This document shows positions 49,314 to 56,317 of a stretch of DNA of 64,000 bases, piece by piece. Source of the DNA: Gemmatimonadota bacterium (GTDB lineage Bacteria > Gemmatimonadota > Gemmatimonadetes > Gemmatimonadales > GWC2-71-9); contig JADFPO010000006.1 in assembly GCA_022562295.1 (NCBI GenBank), positions 4,477 through 68,476 on the forward strand. The letters are read 5' to 3'. The notes beneath the pieces are model-generated. The model searched no databases, was not told the origin of the DNA, and worked only from the letters and a program-made list of their open reading frames with translations. The stretch's first letter is position 1. Each line of letters begins with the position of its first letter. Both the position numbers and the translations under genes were made by a program.

Positions 49314-49795
49314 GCCAACATCTCCTCGAATATCGAAGTGGCGCACGCAAGCTTGGTGGCCAGGTTCGGGTCACGGTAGGTCATGCCACTCGTAATGACA
49401 GGCTCACCCTCCCGCTCTACATCCACATGGTCCGCCAACACCTGCTCGACTCGAAAGTTGAGCAACGCGTTGTGTGGAGCCAACTTCATGCTCGGGAGCA
49501 GTTCCTCCACGGTTCCCTTGAGGTAGTAGGCAATGCCTGCGTCCACCACGACGATGGTGAGCCGACCGGTTCGCCGCATGTTGCCGGTCGTGCGGCTGTC
49601 GGCGGAGATGGCGAGTCGGAGGTTTTGCGCATCACGCGCGACGATCTCGAAATGACTCAGCATCGCCGGATGCGGCCACCCATCTTCCCCCTCCGTGATG
49701 ATGGGCACGACGTTCTGCGCATAGCGTTCGAGGGTCTTCGCGCTGAAACGCCGAACGAGGTCGGGTGGTAATTCTGAGCCGACGAGCCGCGTCAT
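49310..49795 (-). CDS. split-barrel (pyridoxamine 5'-phosphate oxidase-like) protein (putative)
   Basis: 161 aa. The pattern VPIITEGEDGWPHPAMLSHFEI...GRLTIVVVD resembles PNPOx/flavin-reductase-like barrels. This is a weak assignment made by eye. Confidence 0.4.
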   Translation of the reverse strand: MTRLVGSELPPDLVRRFSAKTLERYAQNVVPIITEGEDGWPHPAMLSHFEIVARDAQNLRLAISADSRTTGNMRRTGRLTIVVVDAGIAYYLKGTVEELLPSMKLAPHNALLNFRVEQVLADHVDVEREGEPVITSGMTYRDPNLATKLACATSIFEEMLA

Positions 49796-49806
49796 CCGCT
49801 AGTACG

Positions 49807-49861
49807 CGTTGTCACAAATACGACCACAGATGGCAACGAGCAGCGTCATGTGGTGACAACG
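49807..49861. promoter_or_regulatory. nested inverted repeat upstream of the catabolic operon (candidate operator or 5' structure)
   Basis: CGTTGTCAC-N8-CCACA-N20-TGTGGTGACAACG. It lies 12-66 nt upstream of the ATG at 49795. Confidence 0.35.
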
Positions 49862-49920
49862 GGACACGACAAAGCGACGACGCTCCAATCACGTCGGGCG
49901 CCTGGCAGCTGGAATCCCAA

Positions 49921-49948
49921 AGCTCATAGCTCACGGCTCATAGCTCAA
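49921..49948. repeat. heptanucleotide tandem array (4 units)
   Basis: AGCTCAT AGCTCAC GGCTCAT AGCTCAA. Confidence 0.7.
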
Positions 49949-49998
49949 AGTCCATTCACAATATCCCGTGTGTCCTGTCCAAAACAAGAAGCGTTCAT

Positions 49999-51909
49999 CT
50001 ATCCTGAACTCGACATCTGCGTACGCGCGCGCACCGACTGCCGACTGACCGCAAGAACTCCCAGCACTACGCCGGCAACATCGGTGCCCCATCCCGGAAA
50101 AATCAAACAGAGGCCCGAGGCGAGCATGAGCATACGTTCCTGCCACACGAGTGACACCTGCATGAAACCCTCTAGCGCCGACGCCAACAGGATCACGCCG
50201 GCGGCTGAAGTAAGTAGAGCCAGCAGAATCGACAGCGGAGAGCCCACGAGCAACAATTCGGGTCGATACACAAAGAAATAGGGAATCACGAAAGCCACGA
50301 GCCCGAGCCGAACGGCCTGCGCGGCCACACGGCCCGGATTCTCCTGCGCGATGCTAGCCGCAGCGTAAGCGGCCACCGCTACCGGCGGCGTGATCGCCGA
50401 GAGAACGGCGAAGTACAAGATAAAAAGATGAGCGCTGAGTTCGGGCAATCCGAGCATAGCCAGGGGCGGCCCGGCCAGCACAGCGGTGAGCACGTACGCC
50501 GAAGGAACCGGCATCCCCATGCCCAACAACACGCACACGATCATGGTCGCGAACAGGGCCAAGAACATCGAACCGCCAGCGTACGCGAAGATGAGGCTGC
50601 TGACCTTTCCTCCGAGCCCGGTAACCGCGATTGCTCCGACGACCAGACCGGCCGCAGCACAAGCTACCGTGACCAGCATCGAGCGCCGGGCCCCCAGTTC
50701 CAAGACCTGGAGTATGCGCTTCAGCCCCATGCGAGTATCGGGCCGAATCCAGCTCACGGCGACCGTGAGAACCAGCGCCGCTCCGGCGGCGGTGATCGGA
50801 GTGGATCCTCCCGCCAGGAGGAGTACCAGGGTCAACAGCGGGACAAGGTGATGTGCTCCCTCGCGCAATACCGCCCAGAAGGAGTGCGCGACGGCTGGGA
50901 CCCGATCGATACCCAACCGCCCTGCCCCCCAGTGGAGCTGCATGAAAATGCTGAGATAGAACAGCATGGCGGGAAACAGCGCTGCAAGGCAGATCTCGAG
51001 GTAGGGAATCCCGGTCAGCTCCACCATCAGGAAAGCGGCGGACCCCATCACGGGAGGCAGCAATCCACCGCCGGTGGATGCAACCGCCTCCACCGCCGCC
51101 GCGACGTCCCCCCTCAATCCTGCCCGCTTCATCATCGGGATCGTGAAGAGACCCGTAGTGACCACGTTGGAGGTGGGGCTCCCAGTGATCGTGCCATATA
51201 GTGCGCTGGATGCCACCGCTACCTTGGCCGGTCCTCCTCGGGTGCGCCCGGCAAGCGAACTGGCCAGCCGAAAGATGAAATCGCCAGCTCCGGACACCTC
51301 GAGCGCGGTGCCGAACAACACGAAGACGTATACGTACGTGGCGGCCACGGCGATGGGCGCGCTGAATAGGCCGTTGGTGGTGAAGATGATCTGATCGATC
51401 ACGTCCTCGAGTGTCAGCAATCGGTGATAGAACAGCCCCGTCATCAAATGACCGGCCAACGCGTACACGAGAAATGCCATGATGACGGCAAACAAGAGCC
51501 ACCCGATGATCCGCCGAGTCGCATCGAGGACCGCGAACAACAAGACGAGCCCGCACACCATGCCGGCCAAGGGCAGCAATTCTACCTGGGGCCAGCGCGC
51601 TCTGATCCATTCGAATCGGGCCAGAAAAAACATACCTGCCGCGAGGGACGATACGACCCAGAACCAGGACAGGATACGGGACATGCGTTGCCGAGGTCCA
51701 CGCTGCGACCGATCCGCGGCGGCAGTGAGAAAGACCAGGCACAGCACCATGCTGAGAAACAGCGCGCGGTGGAGCAGGGGGTCGAGCGTTGCTACGAAGA
51801 TGGCCCAGAGCTGGAAAGTCGACAGGCCAATGCACAGCCATCGGACGGAGGTGGCTAGGCCTCCGGTCGGCGACGCTTCACTGCCCGCCGTTTCCGTCGC
51901 AGCGGTCAC
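49999..51909 (-). CDS. TRAP transporter fused permease (TAXI-associated DctQM-type)
   Basis: 636 aa and highly hydrophobic along its whole length. The GTG start overlaps the stop of the TAXI binding-protein gene (GTGA at 51906-51909). Confidence 0.85.
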   Translation of the reverse strand: MTAATETAGSEASPTGGLATSVRWLCIGLSTFQLWAIFVATLDPLLHRALFLSMVLCLVFLTAAADRSQRGPRQRMSRILSWFWVVSSLAAGMFFLARFEWIRARWPQVELLPLAGMVCGLVLLFAVLDATRRIIGWLLFAVIMAFLVYALAGHLMTGLFYHRLLTLEDVIDQIIFTTNGLFSAPIAVAATYVYVFVLFGTALEVSGAGDFIFRLASSLAGRTRGGPAKVAVASSALYGTITGSPTSNVVTTGLFTIPMMKRAGLRGDVAAAVEAVASTGGGLLPPVMGSAAFLMVELTGIPYLEICLAALFPAMLFYLSIFMQLHWGAGRLGIDRVPAVAHSFWAVLREGAHHLVPLLTLVLLLAGGSTPITAAGAALVLTVAVSWIRPDTRMGLKRILQVLELGARRSMLVTVACAAAGLVVGAIAVTGLGGKVSSLIFAYAGGSMFLALFATMIVCVLLGMGMPVPSAYVLTAVLAGPPLAMLGLPELSAHLFILYFAVLSAITPPVAVAAYAAASIAQENPGRVAAQAVRLGLVAFVIPYFFVYRPELLLVGSPLSILLALLTSAAGVILLASALEGFMQVSLVWQERMLMLASGLCLIFPGWGTDVAGVVLGVLAVSRQSVRARTQMSSSG

Positions 51910-52910
51910 CGGACACCGATCTCCCGGTAGAAGAGCGCCGCCCCTTCATGTAGAGGCACCCCGCCGACCTCGGACATTGTCGCGGGTGTTAGTGCCCTCA
52001 ACGAGCCGTGTGCGCGCCTCAGCCGGGCGAGATTGTCGTGCAGGGTTCGGGTGATTTGGTAAATCTGTTCTTCGGGAACGAAGCGGTGAGTTATCAGGAT
52101 CACGCGCCCCGCAAACGTTCGGACGTCGTGATCCAAGAAATCGTACGCGGCGCGCGGTATTGTGGTCGTGTCGGTGCCGAGACGCTCATTGGCGAGCGCA
52201 ATGACCTCGTCCGAAAGGGACAGAATGTCGAGGTCAATCGTACGGCTCGCATCCACGGCGTGTCGCGACGGCACTTGCACCGTCGTGCCAATGGCGTCGA
52301 TCCGTCCGTTTTTCATCATCTCATAGGATTCGTTGAAGGGGAAAAACAGAATGTCGCCCCCATACTCTCTGATGTCGTCGAACTGCAGCCCATAGGCATC
52401 AAACACGGTGCGGGTCGCAAGTTCCATCAGCGAGCCCCGGGTATTCACACTCACTCGTACCGGCGAACGACGCCGCAGAATGTCCGCTATGTCGGTGAGA
52501 CCAGACCGGCGGTCGACGATGAAGTGAAATGGCGCGTCGCCGTAGATCAACATGACGGCGCGGACGTCCGGTTGTGGCGCATCGAACGGCGAGGTCCCGC
52601 GCAGAGCTGCGAGGGCCAGGGAGGAGTGTACCAGACCCAGCTCCACCTTCTGTTGCTGCACGAGCACGGCGTTGGCGCCGTCCTGGCCGGGCTCGAGGGT
52701 GAACGAGGAAGAGGCAATCCCGCGCCGCAGCTCGTCGGTGATCGCTTCACCGATTGCGGACCACGCCCCGCCGGGAGATGCGCCCACGAGCGTCATCCGC
52801 CATGATTTATCGGCAGCCTCGCAGCCACTGAGGGCTGCTAGCCATGTGCTAATGAATACGATCTTCCGGCGGTGCGCGGTCGAACGCCGCCGTCGCGGTC
52901 GCGACATCAT
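51906..52910 (-). CDS. TAXI-family TRAP solute-binding lipoprotein
   Basis: I trimmed the start to MMSRPRRRRSTAHRRKIVFISTWLAALSGC (lipobox). The TAXI-like body ends ...GVPLHEGAALFYREIGV. Confidence 0.8.
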   Translation of the reverse strand: MMSRPRRRRSTAHRRKIVFISTWLAALSGCEAADKSWRMTLVGASPGGAWSAIGEAITDELRRGIASSSFTLEPGQDGANAVLVQQQKVELGLVHSSLALAALRGTSPFDAPQPDVRAVMLIYGDAPFHFIVDRRSGLTDIADILRRRSPVRVSVNTRGSLMELATRTVFDAYGLQFDDIREYGGDILFFPFNESYEMMKNGRIDAIGTTVQVPSRHAVDASRTIDLDILSLSDEVIALANERLGTDTTTIPRAAYDFLDHDVRTFAGRVILITHRFVPEEQIYQITRTLHDNLARLRRAHGSLRALTPATMSEVGGVPLHEGAALFYREIGVR

Positions 52911-53129
52911 ATCAACTTTTGGGTCAAGGTACCGCAGCATACTAGCATTGGCTAGGTGCACTGGGAAGAAGACCTGGCCCAGACCGGATTGCAGCGAGAC
53001 CGGAGTGAGTGTTGACATCATGCCGCCGCCCCATAGAAAGCATTTTCAATCGGCCGTCCAAAGTAGAGCTGGGTGAGTGGACCGTCCAGGGAGCCTGATG
53101 TTGTAGCCCACCCGCTGCCTACGGTCGTG

Positions 53130-53234
53130 TGCCGGTGCCACCGAGACATTCTCCTAGGCTACCTCGGCGAGGAGGTGGTGCGATGCGGTGGGTGTGATCG
53201 CTGCCGTAGGAGCGGCGACGGCGACGGTGTTTGA
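53130..53234 (+). pseudogene. orphan 3' fragment of a recQ-like gene
   Basis: It reads in frame as CRCHRDILLGYLGEEVVRCGGCDRCRRSGDGDGV*. It is nucleotide-similar to recQ 39741-39835, and the similarity continues past the stop codon. Confidence 0.65.
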
Positions 53235-53355
53235 GGCCCGGGCGTTCCGGGGCGTCCGGTGGCTCGCTCGTCAGCTCAACACCAACATCCCGGCGGCCTG
53301 GCCACCGCTCGTCCCACCGCATATGCTTGGCCGACACTGCCACCGGAGACCGCCC

Positions 53356-54642
53356 ATGTCAAAACGGGACACACCCGACACCGACGAGGGGAATGTGCGG
53401 AAGTCCAAGATCACCCGCCGCTCGCTTCTTGCGGGTGCCGCAGGCGCTGCCGGGGCCGCCATCCTGAAAAATTCGACCGCTACCGCTGACGAACCACCGA
53501 CTCCGTCGCCACAGCAAGCGAGTCCCGATCCAACAAAAGCCTATGGCCGACCGGCGACCCCAGTCGGAGCGCGCTCCACCTTCGAACGGCCCGAGCGCTC
53601 GGTTTCGAATTCCCCGGGCGGCGTGTCGCGCACACCGTTGCAGGATCTGAACGGGATGATCACGCCCTCGGACCTGCACTTCGAACGCCATCACGCCGGT
53701 GTCCCCCGAATCGATCCGGCAGACTATTCGCTCCTGATCCACGGCATGGTCGAGCGGCCGATGAAGTTCTCACTCGACGACCTCAAACGTTTCCCGTCGC
53801 GCACGCAGATCTGCTTCATCGAGTGCGCGGGCAACGGGGGTGCAGCGTACACGACGACTCCAAACCCACAGCGCTCACCGCAGCAGGTCGACGGACTCGT
53901 CAGCACGAGCGAATGGACGGGCGTACCGCTGGCGACGCTCTTCAGGGAGGTGGGCCTCAGCGACGACGCCAGCTGGTTTCTCGCCGAGGGGATGGACGCT
54001 TCCGTCATGACGAGGAGCATACCCACCGACAAAGCGTGGGACGACGCGCTCATCGCGTACGGACAAAACGGCGAAGCGATTCGACCAGAGCAGGGATATC
54101 CGGCTCGCCTGCTCCTCCCGGGGTGGGAGGGCAACGCCAACGTCAAATGGATTCGCCGCATCGATGTGTCGGATCGTCCGTTCATGACACGGTGGGAAAC
54201 TTCCAAGTACTCCGATCCGCTGGCAGACGGGACGGCGCGCATCTTCAGCTTTACGATGGACGCCAAGTCGCTCATTACCTCTCCCTGCTATCCGTCCGTG
54301 CTGCGGGCGCCGGGTTGGTGGCAGATTTCTGGCGTGGCATGGAGTGGTCGCGGCAAGATCGATCGAGTAGACGTCAGCACCGACGGTGGACAACGCTGGG
54401 AGCCCGCAGAGCTGGAGGACCCTGTGTTACCCAAGTGTCAGACCCGGTTCCGCTACCTGTGGAATTGGTCGGGAGACGAAGCCGTGCTCATGAGTCGAGC
54501 GGTTGATGAGACGGGTTACGTACAACCCACCGTCGAGCAAGTGCAACAAGCACGTGGGGTATTCAGCCGGTATCACTACAACAGCATCCGTGCATGGACG
54601 GTTAAGCCCGACGGCGCTGTGTTATTCGGAGCGGGGGCCTGA
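53356..54642 (+). CDS. soxC: molybdopterin sulfite dehydrogenase subunit (SoxC/SorA-like)
   Basis: From ATG 53356 there is a Tat signal (ITRRSLLAGAAGAAGAA), then a sulfite-oxidase-type Moco domain (FIECAGNGG) and a dimerisation domain. Confidence 0.8.
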   Translation: MSKRDTPDTDEGNVRKSKITRRSLLAGAAGAAGAAILKNSTATADEPPTPSPQQASPDPTKAYGRPATPVGARSTFERPERSVSNSPGGVSRTPLQDLNGMITPSDLHFERHHAGVPRIDPADYSLLIHGMVERPMKFSLDDLKRFPSRTQICFIECAGNGGAAYTTTPNPQRSPQQVDGLVSTSEWTGVPLATLFREVGLSDDASWFLAEGMDASVMTRSIPTDKAWDDALIAYGQNGEAIRPEQGYPARLLLPGWEGNANVKWIRRIDVSDRPFMTRWETSKYSDPLADGTARIFSFTMDAKSLITSPCYPSVLRAPGWWQISGVAWSGRGKIDRVDVSTDGGQRWEPAELEDPVLPKCQTRFRYLWNWSGDEAVLMSRAVDETGYVQPTVEQVQQARGVFSRYHYNSIRAWTVKPDGAVLFGAGA

Positions 54643-54645
54643 GCG

Positions 54646-55242
54646 ATGGTGCGGCTTCGACGGACCTTTTCGAAATACGCCTTGCCGGCAGCCGCCGTGG
54701 TGATGCTCGGCTGCGCTTCGGGGCAGGGGGAGTCTCCGCGGCACGATGCACCCGACTCGTTCGGGTTCGGACAACTCGCAACCGACGACGACATTCGGGC
54801 TTTGGACATCGACATCATGCCCGACGGTACCGGTTTGCCGCCTGGGAGCGGCAGTGTCGAGCATGGCCAGCGCATATACGCCGCGAAATGTGCCTCGTGC
54901 CACGGCCCGACCGGAGTCGAAGGGCCGTACGACGTCCTCGTCGGAAGAATCCCGAACGACGAATTCCCGTTTGCCAACGATCGGTCGTTCAGGTCGACGA
55001 TCGGAAACTACTGGCCCTACGCAACCACGCTGTACGACTACATCTACCGGACTATGCCCTTCGAGGCCCCAGGGTCGCTCGCGACGGACGAGATCTACAG
55101 CTTGGTTGCGGCACTGCTGTTCATGAACGACCTCGTGCCGGCAGACGCCGTGATGGACGCCGAAACGCTGCCACAGGTCGTCATGCCGTCGCGCGATCGG
55201 TTTGTCGCGGACAACCGCCGCGGCGGCCCGGAGATTCGCTAG
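54646..55242 (+). CDS. monohaem cytochrome c lipoprotein (SoxD/SorB-like partner)
   Basis: Lipobox VVMLGCAS and haem motif CASCHG. It lies 3 nt downstream of the SoxC-like gene. Confidence 0.75.
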   Translation: MVRLRRTFSKYALPAAAVVMLGCASGQGESPRHDAPDSFGFGQLATDDDIRALDIDIMPDGTGLPPGSGSVEHGQRIYAAKCASCHGPTGVEGPYDVLVGRIPNDEFPFANDRSFRSTIGNYWPYATTLYDYIYRTMPFEAPGSLATDEIYSLVAALLFMNDLVPADAVMDAETLPQVVMPSRDRFVADNRRGGPEIR

Positions 55243-55256
55243 AGCGGCAACCAGCT

Positions 55257-55305
55257 ACCCCGACACCTGCCACCTATCCCCTGACACCTATCCCCTATCC
55301 CCTAC
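55257..55305. repeat. heptanucleotide tandem array (~7 units, CMCCTAT-type)
   Basis: ACCCCGA CACCTGC CACCTAT CCCCTGA CACCTAT CCCCTAT CCCCTAC. It fills the gap between two convergent stop codons. Confidence 0.7.
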
Positions 55306-56168
55306 CCCCCAAACACCTCCACATGCTCTCTCACGTAGTCGTCGAACGTGCGGGGAATCTGACCTACGACTTGCGCAAACACGTCGGTCACACGGTCCTG
55401 ATCTCCCGCACGAATCGAGTCGAACAACTGTAGCACGAGCGGTATCTCGCGCGACGACAGATCGGTCATGGTTTTGAGTAACAGCCCGGTGAGGATCCGC
55501 GGCGGATTGATGTGAGTTACTTGTTTTCCGGTGACGTGCGAGATGATGTGAGTCGCCCGAGCGAAGGAGAGGGCCTCGGGACCACTGACCTCGTATGTCT
55601 TGTCACCATGATGATCCTCGGTTAGCGCTCGCACCGCCACAGCCGCGACGTCGCGCATGTCGACCATCGCGATGCCGGCGTCCTTGACGGGAGCGATGAC
55701 CATGCCGCGCGACACGATCTTGAGCGCGAATCGCACGAAGTTTTGCATGAAGAGATACGGCCGAACGATGGTCCATGAGAGTCCGGAACGCTGGACCTGC
55801 TCCTCGATGGCGTGATGCGCCACCCCAAAACTCACCGGCGGCGTCAATCCCGCGCTATGGGCAGATACCATGACCACGTGTCGCACGCCGGCGGCCACGG
55901 CCGCATCGATGAGGGTGCGTTGCGCCGCTACCTGGTGGGGATCGTTGCCGGACCACAGCAGTATCCTATCGACGCCGTCGATGGCGGCCGGCAGGGATTC
56001 GGGCTCGGTCAGATCTCCAGCCACTATCTCGAATCCGAGGTCGGAGAGCGACTCGGCACGATCCGGACCCCGTACGAGAGCCTTGCCGGTGACGCCGGAC
56101 TCCGCCAGCTGACGAGCGATCGTTCCGCCGAATGTACCGGTTCCGCCGGTTATGAGCAGTCTGGGCAC
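55302..56168 (-). CDS. NmrA-like / atypical SDR NAD(P)-binding protein
   Basis: I trimmed the start to GTG 56166-56168 so that the Rossmann motif LLITGGTGTFGG sits at the N-terminus. The longer track ORF would translate through the tandem repeat arrays. Confidence 0.75.
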   Translation of the reverse strand: MPRLLITGGTGTFGGTIARQLAESGVTGKALVRGPDRAESLSDLGFEIVAGDLTEPESLPAAIDGVDRILLWSGNDPHQVAAQRTLIDAAVAAGVRHVVMVSAHSAGLTPPVSFGVAHHAIEEQVQRSGLSWTIVRPYLFMQNFVRFALKIVSRGMVIAPVKDAGIAMVDMRDVAAVAVRALTEDHHGDKTYEVSGPEALSFARATHIISHVTGKQVTHINPPRILTGLLLKTMTDLSSREIPLVLQLFDSIRAGDQDRVTDVFAQVVGQIPRTFDDYVREHVEVFGG

Positions 56169-56234
56169 GCGGGCAGATGGGCAGATGGGCAGTTGGGCAG
56201 GCGGGCAAACGGACAGGCGGGCAGGCGGGCAGGA
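56163..56234. repeat. octanucleotide tandem array (9 units, GGGCAGNN)
   Basis: GGGCACGC GGGCAGAT GGGCAGAT GGGCAGTT GGGCAGGC GGGCAAAC GGACAGGC GGGCAGGC GGGCAGGA. Confidence 0.75.
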
Positions 56235-56261
56235 GGACGAAGCCGGTCCAAGACGGAGTTT

Positions 56262-56317
56262 CGCTCGTGGCTCGCGGCTCGTAGCTCGTGGCTCATAGCC
56301 CATAGCCCATAGCTCAT
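56262..56317. repeat. heptanucleotide tandem array (8 units, RGCYCRT)
   Basis: CGCTCGT GGCTCGC GGCTCGT AGCTCGT GGCTCAT AGCCCAT AGCCCAT AGCTCAT. The last unit contains the stop codon of the LytTR regulator. Confidence 0.75.

Noticed and set aside
39836-53129. Search for an integrase, transposase, tRNA or IS termini inside the accessory segment.
   Set aside because: Every ORF of meaningful length is accounted for by metabolic, transport, hydrolase or TA genes. No recombinase-like translation or tRNA-like sequence was seen, so I did not annotate the segment as a mobile_element feature, only as a candidate island.
55302-56303. The full 333-aa track ORF as the NmrA-like gene, starting at the ATG at 56303.
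   Set aside because: The first 45 codons would be translated from the heptamer and octamer tandem arrays (periodic CPPAxLxx peptide). The Rossmann GGTGTFGG motif would also sit unusually far from the N-terminus. The GTG at 56168 is preferred, but this needs experimental confirmation.
41347-56317. Tandem repeat arrays considered as possible CRISPR arrays.
   Set aside because: The units are only 7-8 bp and directly abutting, with no spacers. There are no cas genes, so this is not CRISPR architecture.
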